Source: the human T2T-CHM13v2.0 reference genome, Homo sapiens. From it: a stretch of 64,000 nucleotides of DNA. Below the pieces are notes generated by a model. That model did not search any database. It was not told the DNA's origin and saw nothing but the letters and a program-made list of their open reading frames with translations. The position numbers were made by a program, and so were the translations under genes. Position 1 is the first letter of the stretch. Every line of letters starts with the position of its first letter. Below are positions 1 through 18,149 of the stretch, piece by piece. The DNA lies in the NCBI RefSeq assembly GCF_009914755.1, contig NC_060931.1. One strand, written 5' to 3'.

Positions 1-228
1 AGGAATATTTGGGACATGAGGAGGAGTATTCCAGGGCCTAAGGAGGGGGATAGCCTGGGTAGAAACCAAGTAGACAGTTTTCTAAGTATTCACACCCCAT
101 TTCAACCAGAACAATTCCACCTTCTGGTAGTTTTTTGAAACAGGGATTCCACTGCTTAAAACTCATTACTTGTCCTAGATCGATCATCTTGTACTGAAGG
201 ACTTTATTGAACAAGGAAGTGGGTTTTG

Positions 229-300
229 TACATGTGTATGTGTGTGTGTATGTGTGTGTATGTGTGTGCATGTGTGTGTATGTGTGTGTATGTGTATGTG
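229..300. repeat. Compound (TG)n/(TATG) microsatellite
   Basis: About 70 bp of alternating purine-pyrimidine sequence. Explains the THTHTY stretch of ORF 38..391. Confidence 0.95.
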
Positions 301-1099
301 TTTTGGAGAAAAGAGACTGATTTCCTTCAGTGCTGGAAATCATTGTTGTCGTTCCTAGAACTGTGGACCTAAAACCAAAGAATGGGTTCAAATCTACCCA
401 AGGTGGAGGCCTAGGTGGGAAGAGTTTGGGTGAGGCCTGGCATAGCTCCTCTTTGAAGGGACACGCACATTACCTCGCAGCTAAGAGTCTAGCCTGGTGG
501 CTCTGTGTGGAGGTCAGGGCTCTTTAGCTCAAATAAATCACACAGGACTAGTTTATGGAAACAGTTGGATTCGCATGTAGTTACATGTCCTGTTTTGTTC
601 CTAGGGGTGTCCAGTGCAAATCTTGTTGAAATTCTGAGTAGCTGTGCTTAGCACCAACACAGTACCCTGATAGATCTCAGTTCAGGTGCAGGCTGCCTGG
701 GGGGAAAATAACTGAGTTCTGATATGGTACCAATTACTATTATAGTTTAATATTAGGCAAATAATATAACAATGGTAGAAAGCCTGTAAGATGTTAAGTA
801 CCGAAGTGAATCTGTACTGGAGACTTGAACAAATCATGTTGATGTATAAGTATGGCTGTGAAATAGGCTGTTTCCTTCTTAAGTTTGCTTCTGGCATTTA
901 GGAAAAGGAGTACTGCTTCAGGGACCCTGCCCAGACAGGAAATGGTACGTGTGCATGCTGAGTGGTGCTAGTGAAATAGGAACATTATACAGAATTATAT
1001 TAATAATTCATTTGGCCTATTTTTCACCTGGAAAGTATTTACTCTCAAGTGCCCCCTCCTCCTTCTCGCCTGAGGGTGAAAGCAGGTGCGAAATGCTCT

Positions 1100-1225
1100 G
1101 GGTCCTAGTGACACTGAGTAGTCTATGGAGTGGCAGCATTGGCATCACCTGGAAGTTAGAAGTAATAGATTCATTCTAATGAACCAGAATCTGCATTTTA
1201 ACAAGATGTGTGCACAGGTGATTTG
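1100..1225 (+). mobile_element. MER5A/B-like hAT-Charlie MITE fragment
   Basis: gcagcattggcatcacctggaag ... cagaatctgcattttaacaagat ... aggtgattt are typical MER5 motifs. Confidence 0.7.
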
Positions 1226-1734
1226 TTTTCCTTAGACCCTTGTTGTCATTCTAATATGAGTCCACTAGATGTCACTCTTGTAACCTGGTAATGGGACAGG
1301 ATTTTTCAATGGGGATTTGCAAGAATCCCTGAACATGATCATATTATTATTAGATGATTTCCTCCCCATCCTTACAGCTACTGATATACACATTGATTAT
1401 TTAAGGTAAAACTATCATTCTGTATGGTTCAAAGTCCTGGAGAGAGATTCCTGGGAATGATTTCCATTTTTTTGGATTGGCACTCCTGCCTACTGTCTTC
1501 CCTGTTGCATGGGTTAGTCTGTCATTATATAACCTCAGCAGAGAATACACTGCAGATGCTGTGACAGGCTCACTGAGAGAACAGCATCCTGGGCTTCTGA
1601 GCACAGCAACACAGAATAAACATACAGATTTGATCTCCGTAGACATTATTGAGAACAGAAAGGAAGCAAGGCTGTATCCTGAAATTAGCATCAGCCTCTA
1701 AGATGTGATTGTTGGAGGAAGTGCTGACCTTTCT

Positions 1735-1930
1735 GAGTGTGTGAGGTGTCTCAAGGGAAGTTTTATAAAGAAGATTGAGTCTGCTTAGGAAATAATGTCC
1801 CAAATGTAATCTTGTAGGGAGTTAGTTTCAGCCATGAAGGTGAATATAGGGACATTTACAGGTAAAGTAATATCCTGAGGGAGAAGATATACATTTAGAG
1901 ATGTATGAGGTTCCTAGGAAAGGTCCTGTT
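1735..1930 (+). pseudogene. Possible CR1 ORF1 N-terminal zinc-finger/zipper relic
   Basis: Reads CVRC-x13-(frameshift)-CPKCNLV then VSAMKVNI...LRE...FLG, resembling CR1 ORF1 CxxC..CxKCxLVSxL..LR.IRE..FL. It is collinear with downstream CR1 pieces but highly degenerate. Confidence 0.35.
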
Positions 1931-2490
1931 AACAACTGGTTAGGTCTGCATATTAGGAAAGAAGGGTGAAGAGGGTAAGGACTATGCTTTAGAAGATCCG
2001 ATTTTTTTTTTTTGCCGGATGCCTAGCTTGAGAAAAGTTAGTTCTTGAAAGAAATTACCTGCTGGCAAACGCTCCTACCTCTAAGTCCGGCATGGTTTTT
2101 CCTCTGTTTCAGTTAACAAGGTTAGCAAACAAGTCATAAAGTAGCAAGTGTTTGTGTGTGCTTGAGTGTGTTTTGTGAGTGTGTGTATTTCCTCTTCTGG
2201 ATGGGGGGGCATTTACTTTATATCACTAAATGCGTGGCAAATACTTGGTTTGGGTAATTTCAGCCAAGAAAATGGTTTTATTGATGTAAAAACAATACAG
2301 TTTTAGCTTACATATAATTTTTTTTTGTTCAAATAATTAAGGTCACCATAGTAATTACTTCTAAGCTTTAGGGTCTTTTCTAACATCATTTATTCTGATG
2401 TGATTCCTTATGACCAGAAACAGAATTAATTTTGAAGCATTTTAGTGAAAATGAATTTTATTTTTCTAAAACATTATCTAAAATTTAGAT

Positions 2491-2701
2491 AATTTTTTGA
2501 CTTCCCTGCGCCACATTGAAAGAAGAAGAATTGTCTTGGGCCACACATAAAATACAGCAACACCAAAGATAGCTGATGAGCTAAACAAGAAAATCACAAA
2601 AAAAATCTCGTAATATTGTAAGAAAATTCATGAATTTATATTGGGCATTCAAAGCGTCCTGGGCCACATGCGGCTTGGGGGCTGCGGGTTGGACAAGCTT
2701 G
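2491..2701 (+). mobile_element. MER30 hAT-Charlie MITE
   Basis: cttccctgcgccacattgaaagaagaagaattgtcttgggccacacataaaatac ... gggttggacaagcttg. Confidence 0.9.
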
Positions 2702-2869
2702 ATTTAAATCATGGAAAACAAGCCTAAAATGCCCATTCCTATTCTTAGGCACAGTCTAAACATCTACTTCTTCAGTGATAGTATTTTACACACCCATCCT
2801 CTTTACTGCTGAATTTTTTTTTCCTTTTTCTTTTCACTTGTTGCTGCTGAGACTCAACTTGCTAGAGAT

Positions 2870-3076
2870 AGCAGCACATTTAGGTGTAGTGTTTAAAAGC
2901 ATGCATGAGCTTTGGAGTCAGACAGACCTTGGCACATTGCTTCATCTCACTGATCCTTAATTTCTTCATGTATAAAATAGGTATATTACTACCTGGTGAC
3001 AAGTCACAGGACAGTGCATTTAAAATATGTGGCATAGGGTCTGGCACATAGCATATGTTCAGTAGCCGGTAGCTGT
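2870..3076 (+). mobile_element. MIR SINE
   Basis: ctttggagtcagacagacct ... tataaaataggtat ... tctggcacatag. Confidence 0.8.
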
Positions 3077-3679
3077 GACTGCCAGTACTACACGAGCTCA
3101 GAGACCGCAGGCCTGCTGCTGTTGTCTTTATCTCCCAGCTGATAACCCAGTTCATCAACTGCCAGGAGTCCTTGTTCCTATAGGTTTTGTCCACCAGAGT
3201 GGAGCTCTGGGTCATGGAGAAGTCTTCCTTTTCCTCTGCCTGGCCAATGTGTTCATGACAATGGTGTGGGTCAGTGGGGAGCAGATTGGTAGTCTGGTAG
3301 AGGGGCAGGGAAACATGTGAATCCTAGAACAGTAACTGGGAGAGAAGTTCCACACTGAGATTCTCAATGAAAATTTCCCTCATGGTGATCAAGCTCAGTA
3401 GAATTGTTAGCACCGTTAGTGTTGTTAGTATAGCCATCTTACAGGCTGGGCCATTTAAACTGCAAATGGCATAGTCACTGATTTAAGCTTTATTTCTAAA
3501 GAGAAACAAACTCTTAGAAGCAAACTGCCAAATTCTTATTGAATGTTTGCCACATAAATTCCAGATTGTCTGTTCTTTATTATCTTTATTGGTTTGGAAT
3601 GACCATTTTTGGTTCAGGGAGGACCTCTAGACTTTGAATAGCTATGACTGACACCTTGGGGTCACCAGAACATTACTTG

Positions 3680-4320
3680 GTTAGCAGCAGTCTTGGAAAA
3701 CAACTTCAAGGAAGTCTGAAGAGATCTCTCATCCTGAAAACATCCTAGTAAGAATCTTTGCACTTCCATCATAAACAGCCCCATGGTTTCACTTGATAAT
3801 ATGCCACTGATGAAGAATGATGGAGATTCTGATGTGACATCACCTGTATTAGTAGTGTGCTGTCTCAAATAGAAGAAGAATACAATATTAAAGAATTAAG
3901 AGCATTATGTATCTTAAAAATAAACTCATCTTTCTTGTTAGACTTTTGGAATCTGCATTGGATTTTTTTTTTGTTTTTTTTTTTTTACATAGTTAAATTT
4001 AAGATATATTTCTAGTCATTGTTTAAAATGCATCTCAAGAAACTTTAGAAGGGGTGTGGATTGTTCTTTTTTGCCTACCATGTCATTCCTGTTTCCATTG
4101 TAGGAATCAAATCAGTAAGTTCAGTCCTAGTTCAAAGAAGCTGGGAGGCAGGGAACAAAACTTATAATAGTGTTACTGTGTAGACTGCAAAAGAATCTGA
4201 GGTTTGTTCAGCAAACATAATGGTGCATTGAGGTGTTGCATTAATGTGGGGGGCCAGAAAATGAGCTCTGTGTGTAGTGAATCTGTTAAGTGGCAGTTTA
4301 GGGTTTAACCTAAAAACTGG
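3680..4320 (+). pseudogene. CR1 LINE ORF1 (esterase-type) relic
   Basis: Degenerate motifs in CR1 order: SWKTTSRK..ILVRIFAL (~3690-3770), VVCCL (~3852-3866), SSVL (~4117), NLRFV (~4194), VNLL..agggtttaacctaa (ORF1 end, cf. ANLVRRALN*). Confidence 0.55.
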
Positions 4321-4551
4321 GAGAAAGTTGATAAGTGCAGAGGAAGCATGAGACCCAATTTGACACAGACCTTGCTAGGGTTATGGTGTCAGGCAGTGGA
4401 GGGAGTAGTGACAGGAGAAGAGGATTTAGTGGTGTATTGGATGAAGGTGGTGTGTTGGGCATGGCAAAATCATCCATCCATCTAGACAGCAAATTAACAG
4501 TTTTGTAGAAACGTATAGTCCCCAAGTATTTATATGCATATTAGATACGTA

Positions 4552-5283
<732 letters not shown>

Positions 5284-5472
5284 CTAGGGTACATGTGCAC
5301 AATGTGCAGGTTTGTTACATATGTATACATGTGCCATGGTGGTGTGCTGCACCCATTAACTCGTCATTTACATTAGGCATATCTCCTAGTGCTATCCCTC
5401 CCCACTCCCCGCACCCCACGACAGGCCTCAGTGTGTGATAGTCCCCTTCCTGTGTCCAAGTGTTCTCATTGT

Positions 5473-9292
<3,820 letters not shown>

Positions 9293-9355
9293 TATGATGT
9301 TAGCTGGTTATTTTGCTCATTAGTTGATGCAGTTTCTTCCTAGCCTCGGTGGTCT

Positions 9356-10370
9356 TTACAATTTGGCATGTTTTTGCAGTGGCTGGTACAGGTTGTTCCT
9401 TTCCATGTTTAGTGCTTCATTCAGGAGCTCTTGTAGGACAGGCCTGGTGGTGACAAAATCTCTCAGCATTTGCTTGTCTGTTAAGGATTTTATTTCTCCT
9501 TCACTTATGAAGCTTAGTTTGGGTGGATATGAAATTCTGGGTTGAAAATTCTTTTCTTTAAGAATGTTGAATATTGGCCCCCACTCTCTTCTGGCTTGTA
9601 GAGTTTCTGCCAATAGATCCGCTGTTAGTCTGATGGGCTTCCCTTTGTGGGTAACCCAACCTTTCTCTCTGGCTGCCCTTAACATTTTTTCCTTCATTTC
9701 AAGTTTGGTGAATCTGACAATTATGTGTCTTGGAGTGCTTTTCTCGAGGAGTATCTTTGTGGCATTCTCTGTATTTCCTGAATTTGAATGTTGGCCTGCC
9801 TTGCTAGGTTGGGGAAATTCTCCTGGATAATATCCTGCAGAGTGTTTTCCAACTTGGTTCCATTCTCCCCGTCACTTTCAGGTACACCAATCAGACGTAG
9901 ATTTGGTCTTTTCACATAGTCCCATATTTCTTGGAGGCTTTGTTCGTCTCTTTATATTCTTTTTTCTCTAAACTTCTCTTCTCACTTCATTTCATTCATT
10001 TGATCTTCAATCACTGATAGCCTTTCTTCCAGTGGATCGAATCGGCTGCTGAAGCTTGTGCATTCATCACCTAGTTCTCGTGCCATGGTTTTCAGCTCCA
10101 TCAGGTCATTTAAGGTCTTCTCTACACTGGTTATTCTAGTTAGCCATTCGTCTTATCTTTTTTCAAGGTTTTTATCTTCTTTGCGATGGGTTTGAACTTT
10201 CTGCTTTAGCTTGGAGAAGTTTGATCGTCTGAAGCCTTCTCCTCTCAACTCGTCAAAGTCATTCTCCATTCAGCTTTGTTCCATTGCTGGCAAGGAGCTG
10301 CATTCCTTTGTAGGGGAGGGGTGCTTGGAGTTTTAGAATTTTCAGTTTTTCTGCCCTGTTTTTTCCCCAT
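9356..10370 (-). pseudogene. L1 ORF1p, disrupted
   Basis: ATG at 10370. Fragments KRPNLRLIGVPESDGENG and MKEKMLRAAREKG...LQKHAKL. Confidence 0.93.
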
Positions 10371-10498
10371 CTTTGTGGTTTTATCTACCTTTGGTCTTTG
10401 ATGATGATGATGTACATATGGGTTTTTGGTGTGGATGTCCTTTCTGTTTGTTAGTTTTCCTTCTAACAGTCAGGATCCTCAGCTGCAGGTCTGTTGGA

Positions 10499-10627
10499 GT
10501 TTGCTAGAGGTCCACTCCAGACCCTGCTTGCCTGGGTATCAGCAGTGGAGGCTACAGAACAGTGAACATTGCTGAACAGCAAATGTTACTGCCTGATTGT
10601 TCCTCTGGAAGCTTTGTCTCAGAGGGG
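10499..10627 (-). promoter_or_regulatory. 129-bp L1 5'UTR segment (ZNF93-binding region) retained
   Basis: 129 bp lie between gttgga and taccc. This segment is deleted in late L1PA3/L1PA2/L1HS. Confidence 0.8.
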
Positions 10628-10944
10628 TACCCAGCCGTGTGAGGTGTCAGTCTGCCCCTACTGGGGGGTACCTCCCAGTTAGGCTACTCAGGGATCAGGG
10701 GCACACTTGAGGAGGCAGTCTTAGCGTTCTCAGTTCTCAAACTCTGTGTTGGGAGAACCACTGTTCTCTTCAAAGCTGTCAGACAGGGACATTTAAGTCT
10801 GCAGGGGTTTCTCTGCCTTTTGTTTGGCTATGCCCTGCCCCCAGAGGTGGAGTCTACAGAGGCAGGCAGGACTCCTTGAGCTGCGGTGGGCTCCACCTGG
10901 TTCGAGCTTCCTGGCCGCTTTGTTTACCTACTCAAGCCTCAGCA

Positions 10945-11208
10945 ATGGTGGGCGCCCCTCTCCTAGCCTCACTGCCGTCTTGCAGTTTGATCTCAGACCG
11001 CTGTGCTAGCAATGAGTGAGGCTCCATGGGCGTGGGACCCTCTGAGCCAGGTGTGGGATATAATCTCCTGGTGTGCCGTTTGCTAAGACCATTGGAGAAG
11101 TGCAGTATTAGGGTGGGAGTGACCCGATTTTCCAGGTGCCATCTGTCACAGCTTCGCTTGGCTAGGAAAGGGTATTCCCTGACCCCTTGCGCTTCCTGGG
11201 TGAGGTGA
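10945..11208 (+). pseudogene. L1 ORF0 (antisense 5'UTR ORF), interrupted
   Basis: ATG 10945 MVGAPLLASLPSCSLISDRCASNE, then TGA at 11017. An in-frame ATG at 11026 restores GVGPSEPGVGY...VGVTRFSRC. Confidence 0.8.
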
Positions 11209-11377
11209 TGCTTCACCTTGCCTTGGCTCACGCTGGGTGGGCTGCACCCACTGTCCTGCACTCACTGTCCAACAAGTCCCAGTGAGATGAACCTGGTACC
11301 TCAGTTGGAAATGCAGAAATCACCCGTCTTCTGCATCACTTACGCTGGGAGCTGTAGACTGGAGCTGTTGCTCTTTG

Positions 11378-11386
11378 GCCATCTTG
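11378..11386 (-). promoter_or_regulatory. YY1 site of the L1 sense promoter
   Basis: CAAGATGGC intact near the L1 5' end. Confidence 0.8.
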
Positions 11387-11404
11387 GAACCGCCCTTTTT
11401 TGCC

Positions 11405-11581
11405 CAGTGGCTCTTAAACTTTCTTGTTGCCTGTAATTCTTTTGAGGAACTGATGAAATCTATGAAAGCCTTTCTTAGAAAAGTACACATATTGATACAC
11501 ATGCATGATTTTTGCCTGGGATATCAGGAGCTTCTTAGACTTCCTAGAACTCATTCCTGGACCCTAGGTTAAGATTATCTG
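11405..11581 (-). mobile_element. Charlie4z-like hAT MITE
   Basis: cagtggctcttaaac ... ctgatgaaatctatg ... ggaccctaggttaaga..ctg, with imperfect terminal inverted repeats. Confidence 0.7.
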
Positions 11582-13400
11582 CCAGAAACCAACTCAATAT
11601 GGTAAGGATAGTGAAATTACATTGGGAACACTGGAAAATTAGAACAAATAGTAGTAAGTAGTATGAGAGAAATCACACTATACAACTGAAAAAAGATTGT
11701 GCATAAGTATCTGCCACATAGGGCAAGAAGTGTTAGAATTACATAAGGAATGGAATTATACTGGACTTGGGCCTAGGACTGTGCAGGGATTGGTACAGGA
11801 AATAATCTGTGATTATTGTAATAAGGCTCACAACTCAATTTCACTTAACCTTCTAAAGGGAAATAAAGGCCAAAAATAAAAAAAAAACCCTATCACATTA
11901 TTCCTCAATTTAAGAGAATGGAACTATGATCAAATCAACGTGTGCATTAAGTTAAAAAATGAAAGTAATATTTTTAAAAGTCTGTAACTTGTAAGAAATC
12001 TGGAAATGCTTTAAATACATTAATAGAAGGGCAGGGGAATACGTCATATCAAAGATTAGGAGCTCATATAAAGACTTTTGCATCCATTTCATAAAGTAAA
12101 AGAAGCAAAAGTAGGGGGAAAAAGTAGGCAAAAGATTGTTCAAGTGAGAACAGGGAAGACCTCAAAGTGTGACAGGTCAGGTGTAAATAAGGAGCCAGTC
12201 CGGCTATAAAGGAATTCAAGACACAGCACAAAAAGGACTGCAATTCAGAAATAAAAGCGTTTTTATACATGAAAGATAGAAGGTCGACTGGAGAATCAAT
12301 GAGACTGCTTGATGATCAGGGTGCTCACGGGGAAAAAAGGAGATCTGGAAACTCAATGAATTCTTCACTTTGGTCTTTGTTGAAATGTAGAACTTTCCAC
12401 TGTCATCATGTCTTTTGAAGCAAAGAGGTGAGGTATGTAGTATTAGATCAAATAGTGATAAGGGAACAGGATGTTCTGCCTGATTGGCCTGATGGATATA
12501 AGTAAATTGCTGAAACTTTATGACATCCATTATGAGGGTCTGAAGAAACTCAAGGGAATAAATGGATCTAAATGTGAAATAAGTTATTGCACTCACTCTT
12601 CAGTATTAGTGAATTCTTGTTTACATTCTAATGAAACCTACTGAGGAGACCCTACAATCTATTGACTGTTGAATCTCATTCATATTAGTAAACTCCAGAA
12701 ATTGTAGGATCATTGACCATTTTGTATAATGAATGGAGAAAAGCATCCTGTTTTTTATAATATACTTGAGCTATTTGAAAGGGTAAACAAGCACCAGGAA
12801 AAAAGCAAGAAACAATTTGTTTAGACTTTCAAGGAGTCAAAAAGTTTCACAATGCTATTCCAAATTGTGTTACCATGGTATTAGGAGGGAAATTTCACCA
12901 CAGGTAGGTATTAATAGAGAAAAAAAAAGTGTAGCATGTATGCGCCTGCTGTTGAGGGAGATGTGTAAACAGTGAGGTCCCTCTTGGGATTTCTGCTGGG
13001 CCTCTTTATTAAACATGTTTATAGATAATCTGAAAGGGCAGGCACACAATGAAGTTTCTAAAGGTACAGGATTTAAGCTCTTTTGGCCAGTAAAATTATA
13101 AATCAACTGGAATAAGCTTTTGAAAGATGGCATAAATGGACAAGAAAGTGGCGGGGAGGATCCAGTACTGTGAGAAGTGCTACCTATTTAGGGAAAAAGA
13201 AACTACACTAAACTTGTAAAATTGTGGGCTGTGAATTAGTTAGAAACCTGGTTTCATTTAGGAACCAGGAAAGGAGTTCAGAGGCATTAAAGATGCATCC
13301 TTCTGAGTTGGCCAGCAGAATGCTGGAAGGTTCTGAAAACAAAAGTACAGTTGAAGCAAAACCATTGTGCCTGTGCATTCTTTTGGTTTTGATGGGCAAA
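11582..13400 (+). pseudogene. CR1 LINE ORF2 relic: endonuclease C-terminus, tether and reverse transcriptase
   Basis: Ordered motifs IRNGIILDL/VQGLVQEI (~11743-11805), FLNLREWNY, LLDDQGA (12305), KLNEFFTLVF (12349), DIHYEGLKKLK, GDPTIY*LLNL, LELFERVNKH (12765), LDFQ (12821), YHGIR, SEVP (12971), NMFIDNL..EVSK..KLF (13012), YLGKK, GCEL..QER, ASRML..ENK..PL. Confidence 0.88.
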
Positions 13401-13514
13401 TATTAAAAAAAAAGAATGGGGTATGATAAGGACCTGGTTTCAGATCCTGACTCAGTCCTTAAAGGGATGTTCTGAGGACCAAATTAAATACATGTGAATG
13501 TGCCTGCACATGTG

Positions 13515-13700
13515 GTGCAGTGGTACATGTCAAGTCTTGAATACAGCATCTCAGAATGGCCATGATGAAGTCATCCTCCTAGTTGGAGGAAATTAATCAA
13601 TCTCTCACCTGGCAGGGGAAGCCCCTGAGAAAGTCTATGGCAGATACTGATCCATCTTCTCTCCAACTCAGCCAAAGGGAGACAACTTGATTTTTGAACC
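13515..13700 (+). pseudogene. Probable 3' continuation of CR1 ORF2 after a MIR-like fragment (13410-13510)
   Basis: gtggtacatgtcaagtcttgaatacagc resembles VRPHLEYC. Weak similarity after that. Confidence 0.45.
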
Positions 13701-14142
13701 TCTCTAATTGTCATTAGTGACCTAGTAGAAAGCTAACTTTCTGTAATTCATAGAACAACAGAATACAGGGACGAAAGGGGACTTGAGAGATTACTCAGAA
13801 ACCTCTTTCTTATGGATAAGTATGAGCAATATATAGGAAAAATCAAAGCTCAGAAAAGCAAATGAGAGACAAATTACCAGTTTGTGAACTCTGATCTTTC
13901 AATAGAGTAATCAACCATAATATTTCCTCCAGGCAAAGCTACACACCCCTGTTTAGTTCGTATGATTAAATGTTGATTAATTTAGAGTAGGGGGCTCTGT
14001 GGAAAGTGCATAGAATACTTGGTATTTCATTTTTGAGTCTTTAAGGAAATATCTGTTATCAATGTTGACATTTTCCATTTCCAGCATATTAGAAGTTAAT
14101 TGAAGGCTCCAATATCCTAAAATTACTCTGTCAAATTTCTAA

Positions 14143-14595
<453 letters not shown>

Positions 14596-15142
14596 TGAAG
14601 GCTATGCTCTGGAGGAAGTTCCATAGTCATACTCTTATACACACCTCTCTATCAGCCTTCCACCGATAGCTTTATCTTAAAATGTCATCCTAATTTATCT
14701 GTTTATTCCTGGGGTTATTATTGTTATAGTTATTAGAAATTATTATTAACTCATTAACTCAAAACTATTATAATTACTTATATAATGTTAATGCCATGCT
14801 AATAATTTCTGATATGTATTTAAAAATAATTACCAGCATATCACCTCATAGCATGTGCTGGCCAAGTTTATAGAACAAATTAATCAGACTTGGAACTTGA
14901 ACGCAGGTCTTTGTAAGGCTGAGGAAACAGAAATCCCATTGAAACTATATCTGGTGTTTCAGTTATGGACCGTTTTAGGAAAAAATAAGAAAAACGAACC
15001 CTAGATATCTCTATAGATGGCATTTCCTCAAAACTCCACCAAGAACAGAATCCCTTTGGCCGATCTCCAAACTTGAAAACAATTATTTTTTCTTTCTCAC
15101 TCCTCTACCCCTTCTCTTCCTCTGAACATTTTTATTAGTTGA

Positions 15143-15449
<307 letters not shown>

Positions 15450-15874
15450 TATTAGTTGAAACTCTTATCTGCTTTTCCTCACTGCCTTCCATGCAAACCT
15501 TAGACCTGTTCCCAGGAGGTTGCGTATTGGATATTCAACATACTTTTGTATTCCCTAGGTAACTGTGTTGGCTCCAGATGGTGAGGTACATGCTGGGTTC
15601 CATGGTGCCATTTTATTCTATTTCTTCCTTGCTGAAACTTGTGAAATTATGGATTTAAATTGGCAGCTTAGGATGTGTTTCCAACCACATGAGTTCATAG
15701 AACGATGCCTTAGTAATATTTTTGTTAGCATTATTTATTAGTATGTTTATTTTATCGTGGTATTTTTAAGACTCTTAACATCCAGACCCATCTTGACCTT
15801 GCATTGTGTAGCTTCATTATCAGCTTTTACTACCGATCCCATCCTTGGGCTTATTTATTTCATTTTCGATATTG

Positions 15875-16187
15875 CAGGGGTGGGCAAACTAGGGCCCATG
15901 GATCTGTGCTGATTTTATGTGACCCATGAGCTACGAATAGTTTTCTCACTTTTAAATGGCTGAAAAAAATCAAATGAAGAATAAAAGTTTTTGACACGTG
16001 AAATTCAAATTTAAAAGTCCATAAATAAAGTTTTATTTAACCACAGGCATACTCACTTGATTATATATTGTCTAGCTGCTTTTGTGCTAAAATAACGGAG
16101 TTGAGCAGTTGCAACAGAGATTGTATGACCTGCAAAGCTGAACATATTTATCATGAACCATTTACAGAAAAAGTTTGCTGACCCATG
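15875..16187 (+). mobile_element. MER58B (non-autonomous Cheshire derivative)
   Basis: TIRs caggggtgggcaaact / agtttgctgacccatg with MER58B-type interior. Confidence 0.88.
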
Positions 16188-16749
16188 CTTTAGAGTATCT
16201 TCAAAGACCCCAAAAACATCACTCTGTATCCCTTCTTGGGCTTTTTCCTCCTCAGAGATTTTGCTTGAATTCTACTTTTATGATTTTGAAAAATTTCCCT
16301 TTCCTCTTTATGTAACACATACTAGCATTTGATTGATTGTATAGTTCTTCAGTAGTTTTATGTATATTAAATTTTGTGATTTTTAAAAAAATGTAACATT
16401 TTTGAAAGCAGGAACCGTATAAAGTGTTTAGCAACTCAGCATTCAGCCAAGGATTAGGCACATAGTATTCGATTCTCCGTAGGTACTTGCTAAATTTAAT
16501 GGAATTCCTTTATGTGGGGTCCCCCAGAGTTCATATAAGGAGCCACAATCAAGAACAGAATATTACCATATACAAATAATTAGCAGCTTTAATTGTGGTT
16601 TCTACAGAGAACTCTGGGAGCCCAGATGAGCATAAGAAGTAAAATTTGATCTAAATCTTGAAGGGAGAATAGAAGTTTGAGAGGAAAAAAGGGAAAAGGG
16701 AAAGAGTGCTTGAGCATTCCAGTCAGAGGGTTTGAGTGTATAAGGTATG

Positions 16750-17920
16750 GAGGGAAGAATGTATCCAGATGACCTCTCAGTCCCTTTCCTCCCCTACGGA
16801 GGGATAAACACTGTCCTAAATCTGGTGTTGTCAATGTCACAAATATTTTTATTCTTGTATTACATATATGTATACCTTTAAACAATACATGGTATCATTT
16901 TGTATGTTTTTAAACTTGACTTATATAGTGCCATACTGAAACATCAGTCTGAAAAATGCTTTTATTTCTTTCAATTTTTTGAGTTTTTATGAATTTCATT
17001 TTTATGACTTTTATGTATGTTCATATGTATAGTTCTAATACATTCTTTGTTATGCTTCACATTATTCCATTCATTCAGTATGGCACCATTTGTTTGCCAT
17101 TCACCTGTTGAATGATTTTTAGGTTGTTTTGCAATTTTTATTTTTGTAAGGTTGTGTTTTTTTAATTCATTTGTCTTAAATGATCTGAAATCTATATCTG
17201 AGAGTAGAATTGCTGCATCATAGGTATGTATATATTCAATTTTGCCTGATATTGATAGAAAGTAAATTATATCACTAGGTTTTCTAATATTACATTGTCT
17301 TTCCATTCCAAGGATTACCTATTAGTTATAATGTATTGTTTTTACATGTTTGTAGATTCATTTTTTCCTATCATTTTATATAGGACTTTTACATCTATTT
17401 TGAAAAAGAAACTGGCTCAGATCTTTCTTTTCCTATATTGTTCTTGTTTGTTTTTGTTTTTTTTTATATTAATTTTTTGTACATGTAGAGTTCTTTAGTG
17501 GTTGTTTCTGAGAGTTTGGTGCACCAAAGACTTAAACTCTGGTTTTCATGTTAGTTTAGTTTTATAAAATGAGATGGAGAATAACCATCCCTTTTCTATT
17601 CTCTAGAAGATTGAAATTATCTGTATATTAAAAGCTTGGTAGAGATAATCTGTTAAACTGTATAGGCCTAGTGGGTTTTGAATGGATAGATTTTAAATTA
17701 TACGTCTATTTATTTTCAAGTTTAAAAATTATACAGGCTTTCCATTTCTAAGTCAATTTTATTGACTGTGTTTTTCTAGAAATTTGCCCACTTAATCTAT
17801 GAATGTATTTAATCTATGTATTTAAATTTTTCATAGTTTTTTCTTTTTCATAAAGTTTTCTTCCATAACTAAAAAAAGTCTATTATATTCATTATTATTT
17901 TCTTTTCATTCCTAACAGAG
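16750..17920 (-). mobile_element. Old L1M (L1ME-like) 3' end and ORF2 fragments
   Basis: ccattcacctgttgaatgatttttaggttgtttt, gagtagaattgctgcatcatagg and other antisense L1 motifs. Confidence 0.7.
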
Positions 17921-17944
17921 AGAAAATTACAACAGGATAGGGAA

Positions 17945-18110
17945 TATAGGTACAGACTCTGTAGCCACATTATCTGGGTTTGAATCTAGCCTTCACAGTT
18001 TTCTGGTTGTGTGATCTTAAGAAAGTTATATAACTTTTCTGTGCCTTAGGTCCTCAATTGTTAAAATGACAATAAAATAACATCTACCTTATTGGCTGAA
18101 CTTAGAACTT
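17945..18110 (+). mobile_element. MIR SINE
   Basis: tctgggtttgaatctagc ... tgtgtgatcttaagaaagtta ... ctgtgccttag. Confidence 0.8.
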
Positions 18111-18149
18111 TATAAACATAAATATATGTTTGCAGACATACACACACAC

